Below are positions 1 to 14,239 of a stretch of DNA of 64,000 bases, piece by piece; the stretch's first letter is position 1; every line of letters begins with the position of its first letter. Source of the DNA: Dipteris shenzhenensis (taxonomy: Eukaryota); the NCBI GenBank assembly GCA_047967505.1, contig CM106538.1; one strand, written 5' to 3'. The notes under the pieces are model-generated. The model ran no database searches and was not told the origin of the DNA. It worked only from the letters and a program-made list of their open reading frames with translations. A program made the translations under genes and the position numbers.

Positions 1-1985
1 GAGGAGTTCCTCTTGAACTGTGTTAGTACAAGATACCTTTAGTACCAGATGCTAAGCCAATTTGGCAACAAAGGTATATGACAAATCCCAACTATGCCAA
101 GCAAGTCAAGGTCAAGTTGGATAAAATCTTACAAGCTAGATTTATATATGCGATAGACCAAAGTGAGAGTTTTTACCTTTTGTAGTTGTGCCTAAGAAAA
201 ATGGCAAACTTCGAGTCTCTATGGATTATCGGAAATTAGATGCTCAGATAGTTCCAGATCCATTTCCCATCTCTTTTACTGTTCCAAATCAACCATAGTT
301 TTTGATGGTCCGAAAAATCAAGCAATGGCTACTCCAATTCTCAAACAACCAAGATGGGATGTCATTTTCCATGTACATGTGGAATGGTCAGGTGGACTAT
401 CCAATATATTATGCTAGCAGGTTACTTACACCTATAGAGTCAAATTATAGCAAAACCGAGCGATAAGCTCTAGGAAATTATGGTTTTTAGTGTGCAAAAG
501 TTAAGGTAATATTTACTCTGGAATCCTTTTGTGTTCTACGTGGATCATCAAGCCCTACTTTATCTCATCAACACAACTGTCATTCAAGAATGGCTTGTTC
601 ATTGGGATGATGCAATTTGCAAGTGTTCAACTTCAAGACTATTAAAAAACCAGGTAAGATCCATGTGGACACTGATTGTTTGTCCAGGTTACTAGTTCTC
701 GAGCAAACTCAAGGAGTTGACATGGAACTACCAGATGCTGATTTGTTCATCTTGCAATTGATTATTGTGCGAATGAGTATGTTGAGTTTATCAACTATTT
801 ATCTCAAGGCACATTCCCTGCAACTATGCCTCTAAATAAGCACACGCAATTAGCTCTTAAGGCCCTAGAAGTATACTTTGATTGGTGGACAGCTATTTCA
901 ATAGTGTGCCGATGGAATTCTTTGTTGATGGGTGCTACCTCATGAACGTGCAGTGCTATTGCAAGAGGCTCACTCAGGTCCATCAAGAGGGCACTTTCAA
1001 GGCAAGCTAATTGCTCAAAAAGTCTTGCAAGCAGGTTTGTGGTGGGAAACATTGTTCAAAAATGCTCAAACCAGTGTACGTAGTACGATGTGTGCCAACA
1101 CACTGGATGGTTATTGGCTAAATAATATTTTCCTTTGCAACCCACCGGGCCACGGTCAGCCTTTCAAAATTGGAGTTTGGGTTTTGTTGGGCACTTTAAA
1201 CCCACAAAGTTCACTCAAAACAAGTATATACTCATTGCAATTGACTATGCTACGAAGTGGGCAGAAGCTAAGGCACTTTGAGATAATTCATCAGCTCAGA
1301 TCATAGCTAAATTTGTCTATACAAATATTATAGGCTGATATGGATGTCCTCTCCAACTTGTCAGTGGATCAAGGTGCATATTTTCTTAATGATGTGATGC
1401 AAGTACTCAAAAAGGAATTCATAATCATGCACACAGTTTCCACTACTTATGCTCGTGGTAATAGTGAAGCTGAGTCAACTAACAAAACATTGAATCTTAT
1501 CCTCACAATGACAATTAAAGGTGAATGGGACATGAAGTTGTACTCTGCTTTGTGGGATTACAGAATGGCTTATAAGGTAACAACACAACTCACACATTTT
1601 TGTATGGCTTTTGGTCTGGAAGCAATTATTCCCTCATAATTTATGGTTTTGAGTCTTTGAGTAACTATTGAGCATCATTTGGGTGAGCTAGAAGCAATCA
1701 AGGGATGATTGCATCAGCTAAGTCACCTCAATGAGATACATCTTTGAGTTGCTTGGTCACAGACGGTGATATGCCATAAAAGGAAATCCTAGCATGATTG
1801 ACATATTATGCCTAAGCATATGCTATTGTTACTATATAATGCTAAGTTGGGGCCTATCAAAATCAATTTTAAGCTAGGATGCGGTTGGTGGAAGTTCATG
1901 ACAATGGAACAGTGTAACTCACGGAAGGTAATGTGTTTTCTGAGTTGTACAATGGAAGAAAAGTCAAGCCATACCAAGCAGCAAG
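1..1985 (+). pseudogene. Decayed Ty3/gypsy pol (G0): RT N-terminus, RNase H and integrase; RT core deleted
   Basis: Frameshifted translations give VVVPKKNGKLRVSMDYRKL (RT start), PIYYASRLL and VFYVDHQALLYLIN (RNase H), and [42 protein letters not shown] (integrase), in gypsy RT-RH-IN order. Many stops and frameshifts. Confidence 0.92.
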
Positions 1986-2410
1986 TTCTTCACACATTAG
2001 TTGACAATGCCTTGCGAACTTTTCACAAGCAAGCATGCCAGCTAGTTGTCTAATTTTGGTGTACCAAATGCATCTTGTGTTGCCATGTGGCATGATTACC
2101 ATTAAAGGCTCATTGATGCTATGAAACTATTGATTTGATGGGCACTATAGTTGTAGATTCTAAATGACTACAGTTGATCAGAAGATCCATTGATCAAAAC
2201 CAATACCAATTGCAAATTCAATATATGCAATCGTTATCATCTTCTTCATCTCTAACAACTACCTCCCAAATACTCTTTACTCTCATTCTTTCACTTCCGT
2301 CCATCCCTTTAAACTTATTGTCCTCATCAAGCCAATCTATCACTTGTCTACAGCTTCCTTCACAACCTTTTCTCTTTGTGTCTAGCGTCATCATCTTTAT
2401 CATCGTCGTG

Positions 2411-5400
2411 ATGGCTAATCAATTAGACCTGTCTAAAGCAAAAGTACAGCTCTCCTGTTTCTCCTCTGCACCCCATTTACAGTGCCATCACATCACGACA
2501 ATATATGGAACACAATTGGATCACATCTGGAGCAACATTCCAAAACAAGCCACTCGTTGTGGAACATCATACGCATATTGGATGGATCTTGTGGCGAATC
2601 ACATTCTGAAGTTTGCTCAATTGCCCTAGAAGGATGTATATGCCGAGGAGCTTGGCTGAGGAGATCCTGGATTCATATGATGAGAATGCTTGTAGTCTTG
2701 TCATTAGTGACACACGTCACAATTACCTTAGAGCTTCTATAAAGGGTGTTCTAAATGAAGCAGCTATCCAACCCCAAGAAGATGATGGATGCTAAACACT
2801 GTGATGCATTCTTTGAGGTGGGTACTTACTCGTCCTCACAGGGCGATCTCATCAACAAATCAAAGAATGAAGGCCTAAATTTGACCTATCGATTTTTGTT
2901 CGAGTTCAATGAGCTCAAGAAGAGTATTGAGTATGTGTCCCACATTGTATAATAGTGGAGAGAACCAGCTCCATGTGGACTAGCTCACAATATTTGAAAA
3001 GGCTTTTGAGAACTAGCTCTGAGCCATCAATAAGGGGCAAACCTATTGTAAGCTTGGACCCCACTTAGGTATGCTCCATCATGGGCTCATGTCTAGGAGA
3101 GTGCTTTTTGGCTAGGTGCACTACCAGCTAGAGGGGCAAGAACTTCGAGAGCAGGTGGATAGGATGAGCAGGGGAAAGCCGAGTAGGGTAAGGGGGAACA
3201 ACAAGCACATGATAAGAAAGATGAGGGAAAGGAACAGGAATGGGGAAAAACCATGCATAACAAAGGAGAAGAATAGGAACAAGGATCAGGAGAAGAAGAA
3301 CAATAGGACAAACGAGAAGACCAACACCCGAATAAAGGCAAGGAACAACAAGAGCAAGGAACTAGCGAGGAGCATGTAGATAGCCAAATGAGTGGACAAT
3401 AGGGAGACAAGAAGCTAGAGGGGGACGGTGACAAGGACACCTCCAAGCAAGCTAATGAGGGGGGGAACAGTAGGAAGGGCACCGCCAAGGAACAATAATA
3501 ATCGGAAGGGAGTAGCTAGCAGGATACCCCCAACACAAAGGGAAACAATGGCAAGGACACAGTGGATCAGGAAAAACTAAAAGTGGTTGAGCCCAGGCAC
3601 TAAGGAGTTGGCTCAGCACTTAGACCTCTCACCTTGCCTCCACGTTGTCTCCACCTTGCCTCTCACCTTGCCTCCACTTCCTGCTCCCCTACAGAGCCTT
3701 TGACCTGTAGAGCCCTTTCCTCTCAACCTGTGAGCATTAGGATCACAATGTTACATAAAGTCAGTGGGAGGTGATGAGAGATAACATGGTCTATGCAACA
3801 TAGTCCCTAAACTATCTGGCTAACCATTGGATTCCCCCATAGGTGCTGGAGCATAACTTGTTTCTATGGGCCAGATACTAGGAGGAGGTGACCATATTTT
3901 TTTAGGAATAGATAGACAATTTGTGTAGGGAAGAAGGTGACTTGGCTACAAAATGTAGGTCCCTAATAGCAATTGGAAAGACAGCGAATGGTTCATGATA
4001 ACCTGGCTCATGCTCACGCTCAACTGCAATATGCACATACAAAACTAACGGTTAATCACAGCAACTTGCACTGTGAGATCAAGCATGAGAAGTACCTAAT
4101 GAACAAGGCCCAGGCCATTGTGGTATCCATTGTTGCCAAAAATGTGAACATGCAACGAGCCGTTCAGAAGCTCCTGCAAAACAGGTCATGGGGCGAGCAA
4201 GCAACAACAACAGCAGGTGGACCATAGCCCACCAATCTAGGCGCTAGAACATGAGAATGCACATGAAGGATGAAGTTACATGGGGGAAAACACTATAGTA
4301 GGAGAATGCATGGCTCCAAGTGCAGTTGGAGAACTACCAACAACTTTAGAAACTCATCCATCTCCTCCTCCAGGTGCCCGAAGAACATCCCAACAACCTG
4401 CCTCATAGACAACCATCCAATCATGATGGAACTGGTGGACAAATAGGTGGTCGTCGCCAATAGTCAATTTTGAGTGAGTAGGCAGGAACCTTGGGCTAAC
4501 ATTCTTTGACCAAGGGTGGAACTTCATAACCAAAGGGGACAGAAGGGGTCATTGCCCCAACACTGATGATGCTACATTCTAGGAAGAAGACACATACCAA
4601 GTAGGTGGTACAGACGGACTGTAGTGTTTTGATATATCAGCATAGATTAGAGTTTTGGTAGAGGTGGAGATAAGGAGGTGTAGAATGAGTAGATTGTAGA
4701 TGCCAAGCCCCTTTTTCTAGAAGGTCTTCTGATTACTGTAGCAAAAAAAATAAGTTTTGCAGCATATTTCAAGTAGGGAGGAGATGCGTACCTGCTATAG
4801 GGCTTATCAATAGCTGGTAGGTATGAGGTGTTTACTACACTCTCCATGCACCAAGACATTTTGGAACCCATCCAACCAATTATCTGAATCTATGACAAGG
4901 CTATTTGAGACTTCAACCATTTTGTAGAAGAGCGTGCTAAGTGGCAGCAAATATCTTTAGAGTCAAGTGCAAGTTGATTCTCACATGAATTCGGTAGTTA
5001 CTTAAGCCTACCATGGCTGAGTTTACTATGGCAAGATTTGACAGGAGCTCGAGCACTTAATCCATGGCCATGTAACCAAATCACGGTCCATGTGGGATAA
5101 CATCAGTGACCTCTGTAAGGAATCGGGAATTAAGTGGCAGGAGCATGTCAGTCAGGTGTAGAGGTATCACACCAATTTTGAAAGTCTTAGTATCTGAGGA
5201 CCCAGTTGTTGAAGCCTAGTCCCTGGATTGGCTAGCTAAACCCGAGCGACCCCCAATGGACATCTCTAATGTCTATCCTTGGCCACCAAGGGGGTGCCAT
5301 TTTGAACCAATGCATTCACCTCCTCGACCACCCCCTATAGATCAAGCTGGGCCTTATCGACCACCCATCCATCTATGACCATCCCATCTCCAAAGGTATC

Positions 5401-5900
5401 GCTGACCTTGAGGATTCAACCCAAGAGCATTTTCCTTTGAGAAATGCCTAGTCCCTACCACTCCATGAGGACACAGGCAAGGATAGCCGAGGCGAGATGC
5501 TGATTCTAGGTCAAGCCAACTGGTACATGGTTATCGAGCATGAGCACGGATAGCAAGAATGATAGTTGAGCACCGTTTTGCAGTAGCAATAGGTACTGAT
5601 GATTCTAGGTATCAACCTATAGGTGAGTAGTAGCAAGCGCATCAAGTGTGTGTTAAAATGGAAGCTGATTCTTAGGTGGAAGTTGTACCGAGCGGGGAGA
5701 GGACAAGAGAGCAATGTGCCAAGTTCTCTTCGTCTGTATTTCACTAAGTGTTAAGTGTGGATAATAACTTGGTATTCTCCCGTCATCACATGGCTCTTTC
5801 CCATTAGCTGACCCCGACCTTTGAGTGTTAATTATTGGCACCCATTTGCACTCAAGCATCCCTACCTTATGAGATTGCAAGAGTGGGAATCTTCAGGAGG
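2411..5900 (+). pseudogene. Degenerate additional ORF downstream of G0 pol, function unknown
   Basis: ATG at 2411 (MANQLDLSKAKV...) is followed by frameshifted coding-like pieces, an E/K/Q/G-rich tract (~3120-3600) and a coiled-coil-like piece (3973-4227). No domain recognised. Right boundary approximate. Confidence 0.4.
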
Positions 5901-8000
5901 TATAGCACTAGGTTAACCTGAGCATTCTAGGTTAGTGGGGTGAGTGAACACATGCATCAATAAAGACTCAAAACCTTTCGAGACTTATGGGATCCTAGAA
6001 ATAATGGATGGCTATCTATTGATGCAATTAGAAAAGTTCCATCTGGTTGCCAAGGAAAAGACATTTCTAGATTTGTTGATGAGCCAATTCTTCCAAGATT
6101 GACCCAAAAGTGCGACTTTAGGCTTGCAAATGGATTTGAGGGTTTTATTATTTCTTTTTTGGAAAGATTTTAATGCATTGATCTTCAAAGAACTTTAGGA
6201 GTCTTGATACTCAAATGATAGCTTCTACCATGTGATTACAATGGCATGCATATGCCCCTTTTGATAGTTCATTAAGATGGAAACATAGAGTAGTGAGATG
6301 CTGGAAAGGCATTCCTTCTTTCAAGTTTAATCTATTTCTTTCGAGAGCTATTGCATGCAAATTACTGGTATAGGGAAGGTTATCAAACTGGAATCACAAG
6401 ATATCCCCATTACGCCCACTTTTCAAGATCAAGAACGAAACACATCTACATTTATTTTGGGAGTGTATGCTCACTAAAAGTGTATGGTGGAAAGTGATGT
6501 TTATCAAAGTGTTTGGCAAATGCTAAGGGTAGTTATTTTAGGTCATATATGGAAGCACAAGAATGCAATAATCTTCTACAAATGAGACTTGTGCTACTCT
6601 TCAATATGAAAAGATAGGTGTGGACATTGGTTGAGTTCTTGGTACCCAAGCAAAAGACATCAATCTCTTTGCTTTGTGTCTCAAAGATTATAGCTAGTTG
6701 ATAGCCTTCCTTTTCAAGAGGCAGTTTTCTATTGTATTTTCTCTTTTTTCTTCTTACGAATTTTGTCTTTTTTACCACCCCCCTTAAAAAAAAACTTTCC
6801 AATGCCGTAGTATCAACAACTTCAATCTACAAGATATCCATCCGACCATGGTCTCATCTTTCCTATTATTCAAAGTAGTACAGGCTGCGATCACATAAAA
6901 ACGTGAACACTAGGTCAAGAAACAGAAATCAAAGTATAGACTAAGATCCAAGTATTGAAATTTAAGGTTATTGGTTTCACGGCATTACCCCTCCTATAAT
7001 TCACAATTTGAAGTACCAACCAAATACACTAGGTGTTAATCACTTGAATTAAGAGTGTCACATTTTGAACCTTCCCACAAACTCTTGTATGTATATGCAA
7101 AATGCACTCATTAATCTTGTTAGAAGTTGCCTTAGAGCCCAAGAGAAATGTAATACTAGGAATAAAATAGTAGAAAAGGTAGAAGAGGAGTGACATCATA
7201 GGGTTGGCCCTCCCTTCAAAAGGTAACTTGTATAAAAGGACAAAAATTGGCCTTTAGTTGTTACTTGCAAGTTGCAAGTTTGAGGGATAGAAGCTCTCTT
7301 TTTTCAAGAGTGTTGTCTATGCTTTTCTTGCTCCCCATTCCCACTCTCTCTTCTTCGCTCTCTCCCTCTTCCATCTCCCCTCCCCCTTCTTTTCATGAGG
7401 ATCCACATTGCAACATCTCTAGGAGCCATTTGCGTGACAATTATGGACCGTACAACTTATATTGCTCCCATAAGGAGTAGCACGAAGTAGGATGCTCCAA
7501 TGGCATTCCTTCAAGGTCCCCATGAGATGTGAGTCACTGCTAGCTTACACATTTTTGGCATCACTTTTGAATAGCTTAAGGTATGCTTTTGCTTGCATGT
7601 TCTTCTCTAGTTATTTTCCCTTTGCCCGCCACTTTTAGTAGCTTAGTGAAAGGTGGCTGGTTTTTGGAGTATAGAAAAGAAAAAAGTGAGTAAGGAAGAG
7701 AGAGGAATTGAGCTTGAGTCTTTTCTAGCTGTTTTTTGTGTTGTGTTAGGTGTTAAAAGGTGGGAAAAGGTAGTTTGTGTCATTGATAAGATTTGTGTGT
7801 TCAACGGTCTTGTGAATGACAAACAGTCCCATCCTTGAAAAGCACACCAAAAGTGTCCATTTTTTGTTGTTTCTTTCTTGCACTAGGTCGTATAACACTC
7901 ACACCAAGCTAAAAAACCAGAACAAAAACTCAAAATCCACTTCAAACCCCCAAAGTTTCCATCAGTGACGCTTCCCAAAAGTCGACGCAAAGATGAGACT

Positions 8001-8520
8001 AATTCAGTGTCTAGGTGCTAAATTAATTCAGCATCGTTGAATTAGTGCTAATTCAGTGCCACTAAATTAGTTGCCATATGACACGTTTTAGAACATTAAT
8101 TGCCATCAGAGAATCCAATGCTATGTTCAATTAATTAATTCTTAATTCAACGCTGTTGAATTAGACCTAAATCAACATTACTAAATTAGGTGGTCAGCTC
8201 ACATTCAGACTAGGAAATCAAACATTCTCTCACACTAGTTGACCAAGTAGGAACTCATTGGATCACAATTACTAAAAGGAGAAAATTGAAAATTGAACTA
8301 AACCTAAATTGAGGAAGGGATCATAAGATTTCGGAAGTGATTAGGCTTGGATAGATCATTTGGGTAATTATTAAGGAAACAACTAAATCAAAAGTGTCAA
8401 ATTTAGGGGCAAAAAATAACTACAATGCCAAAATGTTGAATTAAACTTAATTTATGACACTGAATTAGGGCTAATTTAGTGCCATTGAATCATGGCTAAT
8501 TGAGCACTGCACTGAGTTAG
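8001..8520. repeat. Cluster of imperfect ~19-bp palindromes (AATTCAGTGnCACTGAATT-like) in the putative G1 leader
   Basis: Copies near 8025 (aattcagcatcgttgaatt), 8050 (aattcagtgccactaaatt), 8144 (aattcaacgctgttgaatt), 8449, 8474 and 8498. Confidence 0.7.
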
Positions 8521-9610
8521 CTGAGGAGTTGCCAGTTGGACCTAGTTGACTTCCAATTAATCCTAGGTTGAGTTTCTTGATTGAATAGAGGAAAAGCTAG
8601 TTAAGTGGCTAGACCAAACATTGTTGGAGGCACTATCTTCTCGGTTAGGCTCATATCTGCAAGCATCCTTTTGAACCTCATGTGTATGAAGGTGGGTCAA
8701 GATGAGTGATCACTTAGGATAGGTACAAGCTATATGAGCTCACATAGAGTGATATCTCAAGTTTAGAGGATTCCATGGGGTTTAAAAAATAAATGGGTGA
8801 AAACCCAAATCCAGGGGCCTACAACTCTAGTTTGGTTTGACCCCATGCCCCCACTACTTCCACTAAAACCTCTCACCTCAAAGAAACCTTTTCCAACATG
8901 ATGGGGAGGTTTGGATGATCTAATCTTGACATGGTGAACCCATTTTCTAGACAAAATCTAGTGCTAGAGGAGCCAAAAGGCCCACCCCAATCAACCATGA
9001 TGGAGGCCATGCGGAGTGCACCAAGTCCCACCATATTGGTGAATATGGCAGCACTACATATGCAATTGTATGAGGGAGGACCCTCATTTAGTGACACATT
9101 TGAGCCAAGGATGCCACGTGTCTATCGGTCACAAAATCCTATGGCTTAGGTGAATGAGTAGACTAAACCTAGGGAGGACACATTACCTAGAACATTGGAT
9201 TCTCGGGCCCAATTGCATCTAGCTTGGGAAAACAGCTTAGATAGTACTCCTTATTTGTTGGCTTCTCCCTATAGGCCGGTGCCCAACCTAATTGTGCCTA
9301 TGCTTGGGCCACCATTAGTGTAGTTGGTGAAACTAATCCCATCTCATATGCCAGCCCCAAGGTCTAGTGGGTCATGAACCAGGTCATGAACCAGTTACTA
9401 ATCCCACTTTTGTTCAACCTATGACCTTTTACAACCTCCTCAAGGACAACCTGCTTATGGGATGGTGCCCTCCCCACTAATAAATCCTCCTATGCTACAA
9501 ATGTACTTACTAAATAATGAAGCCATAAGGATCCTAGTCCAAGAACTAGAAAGGGGGTCTAGGACATCAACCTTCATCAGAAGGGATACCAACTCATCTA
9601 GAGTAAACCA

Positions 9611-11520
9611 TGTTAGAACAAATTGATGAAGGTATACCTATGTCTATGTGTGACCACCTATGTGGTGAGTGTGCCTATAGTAGGTGTGATTGGGATGCTC
9701 TCTCTTGAGCTCACATATAATGTATCACTGGCCTATATATTGGCACTTCCTCTCATGAATAAAGTACACTTTCTCCTTCATTGTTGATCTCATTATGTCT
9801 TCCTTTGAGTTACTTCATTTGGTATCAGAGCCACCACATCCTCCTTGAGCTCCTAGCCTCCATTTTTTGCCATGTGTCATCACCTTCTCCATCTTCTCCA
9901 TCTTCTTCCATATTTCACCTCCTTTCTCTCCAAAACTTGCAAAGCTTGGTTCTCCTACCACACATGACCATTTTCGGAATGCTCTCAATAGTAGACTCCT
10001 CTAGTAGGGGCAAAGCTACGGCAGTAAACATTTAGAGAGAAGCAGACTATATGTGCCGTGCTGCCACTAACTTTGTCTGCTGAATTTTTGCACAATTCCA
10101 TTGATAGGGGATACACTTCTCTAATTCCTTCAAGCCACAGTTGGGCAATGGTATAAGACATCTTGGGTACAAGTCTGAGACTATTTGGTCCATTGACTAA
10201 GGAGAATTCTGCAAAAATACACTCGATTTTCATCAGTGTTTCCCGAATGAAATCGCACACCATTTCACTCATGCTTCATACTAGAAACTCTCCTTAGTAA
10301 GAGCTTTCATTGTGCTATAAATACCCCTTTGTTGTTGCTCAAAACAGGTCAAATTGGATCCTCCAGTTTCTATTTGCTCAATTTGGGGATAACTCAAAAA
10401 TCTTGGTCAAAGCTTGACTTTTCAGAAGTCTGTCATTTCAAAAAATTTCTTCTATATGTGTTTCAGTTGCTTGAAGTGATAGATCTTGAATTGACTGAGT
10501 ATTGACTTCAATATGGACCGTGGAAATATCATGGTATTTTTCATATTGAAGTGGTTTATAGTCAAAGATTTGACTATCTTTATGAAAACTATGCTTTGCA
10601 TGATGAATTCTTGCTTCAACAAAGATAAAGCATGTATATTCTATGATGATGATCTTGTGATGACATGGATGTTGGCTATGTATGAGCTTCAATGTATAAG
10701 AGTAGACATTGCCCTTGTTCTTTTGACAAGTGGTAAGACCCTCTTCATCTTCAATCTATTTGAAGGCATATGGGATGCAAGAAAGATCAAAGAGCAAAGG
10801 AGTTACAAGATTGGCTACACCAAGAACCTCTCCAATGACAATGAACTTCACACTATGGTAGCTTGGAAAAGAAGAAGGAAAAGGACAAGACATGCCATCA
10901 AAGGGGGGTATTTCCCCACATCTTCAATTTAGACTTTTTGTGTGTCTGGTCAATAAGGGTTCTCTACCTTGGGATGTCCCCTTGAAAAGATTGTATTGGG
11001 TTTTGTAAGGGTTGCTAGTCATTTTGTCAAGGAACCTCCAAGAGAGATTGTAAACCAGGGACCAAAATTGGAGTGAGATCATGTTGGAGCTAGGGTGTCC
11101 AAATGAGTCTACTGCCAAAGCAACTTAGAGTGAGTCTAAATTGGGATCATGTGTGTTATCACCAGAGGTGGGCAAGCCATGAAGTTTCCCATAGACTACT
11201 GCTAGGGGTCAAGGTCATCAATTTGTGGGGGGGTGTTAGAACAAATTGATGAAGGTATACCTATGTCTGTGTGTGACCACCTATGTGGTGTGTACCTATA
11301 GTAGGTGTGATTGATGATGTGTCAGTCAGTAGGTGTGAGTGTGGAAGGTTCTAGTGGATGATTGAGAGATTCATGGAGAGATTAGTGGAGTGATTTGTGG
11401 ATTTGGGATGCTCTCTCTTGAGCTCACATACAATGTATCATTGGCCTATATATTGGTACTTCCTCTCATGAATAAAATACACTTTCTCCTTCATTGTTGA
11501 TCTCATCATGTCTTCCTTCA
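9611..11520 (+). mobile_element. 1.9-kb non-autonomous, non-coding LTR retroelement (TRIM/LARD-like) inserted in G1 gag
   Basis: TG...CA LTRs at 9611-9817 and 11234-11520. tRNA-iMet PBS TGGTATCAGAGCC at 9820-9832. G-run PPT just before 11234. TSD AACCA (9606-9610) / AACCG (11521-11525). Confidence 0.9.
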
Positions 11521-13487
11521 AACCGGTCACAATCTCCAAGCTCATCACTAAATTCCTAGGTGGAGGAGTCCCAATGTCCCATGTGGAAAGATTCATGAAG
11601 ATTTGCAAAACCTTTGGGGACATTGGAGACCTAGACAAGGTCAATGCATTTGGACTTAGCCTTGATGGGAAGGCATGTCAATGGTATAGGGCACTAAATC
11701 CCAAGGTGAAAATCAATTGGGACATAGAAGGAGATCCTTTATAGTGTGGTTTTCTCGTAGTAGTCCCAAGTGGAGCCCTAGTAACCAATTCTATGAAGTT
11801 GAGTAGAAGGAGATAGAGTCCTCTTATGACTACGTTGCTTGGATTAAGCACTTGAATTCATGGTGTGAGCCACATGAAAGGATGAGTGATGTGCAACTCT
11901 TGCCATGCTTCCTCATAGGGCTGTGGGACTCCAAGCTCCATGACCATGTATTTGCATGAACCCCACTTTGAGCCATGTAGCAAGATGGCTATACACTTAG
12001 GTGAGAAAATGAAGGAGAAAACCCAAGGAGAAAAGTAACAACAAGTAGCTTCACTAAAAGTGTCTTAAACTACTAAGACCACTAGTTCAAGTGACATAAA
12101 AGAGACAACTCCACCCGCTAAGGGTGTGAACATGGAAGAGTTGGCCACCAACTTGTTGAAGTAGCTAAGCCAACAACTTAAGGGAGAATTGCAAAGGAAG
12201 GCTCGAGAAATCCTCACCGATTACCAAGGTGCAACAATGTGTGGTGTGTTATTTGTATAGGAAACCATTTGACCCCAATAAGCGCCTCCACCTTAGGGCT
12301 AGGCCAACACTATATTTTGCCCACTGTGCATGATGGAGAAATTATGAGACCTCACAATATTGCTACCCTAAAGTCATTCTCCAACTGATGTATCAATAGA
12401 GGCTTCCACCCCTGACCTTGCATGCACCATCTAATCCATCCAACTAGGGACAATTGGCCATTCAAGGATCCCCTCCCACCAACCAAGGGCAATATAGGGC
12501 TCAAACCATACCATTAGCTCCACCCATCTTGGTTCCTCAACCACCTCCACCCTAGATTACTCCAATGAATTAGGTGATAATAAAGGAGCCACCGAGTGAT
12601 TAGAAAGAGCCAAATCACACCCTCATGGCAGTGAGTGATTACTCTCAATCTAGGAGTCCTCCAAGCTAGTCTAGCTATATAAGCCACTTTGTTATGTAGG
12701 ACAAACAAAATATCCCAATTTAGCAAACAACCCCTATCTCTCAAAAGGCTAGGGATGTGAACATAGACTCAAAAACCACTGATATAATGCTATACATGTC
12801 AAGGTTCCCATAGGGCTAGTGAGTGTCCATACAAGCTGCCATTGAGATGGCCTACTATAAGTACCAAGGACCTCACTTTTTAAAGGATTGCCCCTATAAG
12901 CATGAACAAACCTTGCCACTGGGGTAAACACCACCAACTTGTGTCCATTGTTATGTTTTGGCTACAAGGTGGGTGATCTTTACAAAGTATTGTCCAATTC
13001 CAAGGGATCCTAGAATGTACATAGACCCCAATATTATCATTAGTTTGCTGAGCATAAAAAAATGCCAAGTATCAGTGGCGGTGTCCTTAAACATGATAAC
13101 TAGGGCCCATTCTAGAGCTTTTAGCAAAGAAATCCACATGGAATCCACGTGTAGGAAAAAATGGATACAGCCAACCCATCCCACCTAAGGAGGCCAACCG
13201 TAATGGTGAAGTTAAACTAGGAAAGTATTTGACAAGGTGATTATTCAAAGTAGGTCCCCGATGAGGACTTGGCACCCTGTCTACCTCATCCTCTTCTAGC
13301 CATACTCCATCATTGGGAACCAATTCAAGTAGTTGCCTAAATGGACGGATGACACTGGGTGAGTATTGAATTATAGAAAGCCTCCAATCCCCAAAGGTGT
13401 GGATACCCAAACCTAGTCATCGAGAAAGAACGGCTCTCTGAGACACAACAGCTGGTGCATGATTTTCAAGAGAATGAGCAACAACTT

Positions 13488-14239
13488 TTTTTTTTTTCCA
13501 AGAAAAAGACTTCTATTAAGTAAGAGAAAAAACCTGCGAGAGCAAGCTCAAAGCGGAATACATCATGAAATCATAAGGATAAATAAAAACCCCCTCAGAG
13601 TGAGGTGGAAAACAAAGTGCCACCTCAACCCTGTAGTAGTTTCAGAGAAGAAAGGAGAATCCTTCCATTCCCTAAAGAAAGAATCCCTCCTAGCTGAGGC
13701 TGCACGGGAGTCTCCCTGCATACCCGTCCATACGGCCATTAAAGTATGTACGATGTCTGTCTAGATACTAGCCAATGTGTGCAAGGGATGAACTTGAGTA
13801 CCCTCCAAAGCCTCTGTGCATCTGGCTCTCTAGATATGCCAGGATGCTATGCTCGCTAGAATCTCCCAAGAAGTATCCACAGAGGCGTGTACAGCTGTAA
13901 AGGGAAGGTGTGGTACCACATCCAACGAACAGGACTCAATCCGATGACGTCGAACTGAAATGGCCTGAGAGGAGTCAACTCTCTCATAGAAAACCTGAGG
14001 TCCTGTAAGAGAAAGCCAAGCCACTGAGCCCCATGTCATAAAAAATGGGGAATGGGCAAAGTGACTAAAAATCCTGGCTACCCCCATCCAAATCATCCTC
14101 GCCTGTCTGCAATCCCATAAGCAATGTTGAATAGACTCCGAAGCAGAAAGGCATCGAGGGCATGTAGGGTCGGGTCTGAACCTAGACCTCCAAAGGTTCA
14201 CTGCAATCCCTCCATGGATAGAAAGCCAAAAGAAGATAG
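13488..14239 (-). mobile_element. 5'-truncated L1-type LINE (ORF2 C-terminal zf-RVT region plus poly-A tail)
   Basis: FFWLSIHGGIAVN...CPRCLSASESIQHCLWDC...W is a zf-RVT-type motif. T12 run at 13486-13497 is the poly-A tail. 13-bp TSD TGAGCAACAACTT at 13475-13487 and 14240-14252. Removing the insert restores the host frame ...DFQENEQQL/RTIKGSD. Confidence 0.92.

Noticed and set aside
5900-7250. Possible LTR(s) of G0 or G1
   Set aside because: No second copy, clear TG...CA boundary or convincing PBS in the window, so I cannot delimit it.
10513-10932. 139-aa ORF inside the 1.9-kb LTR element
   Set aside because: No recognisable motif; composition fits a chance ORF.
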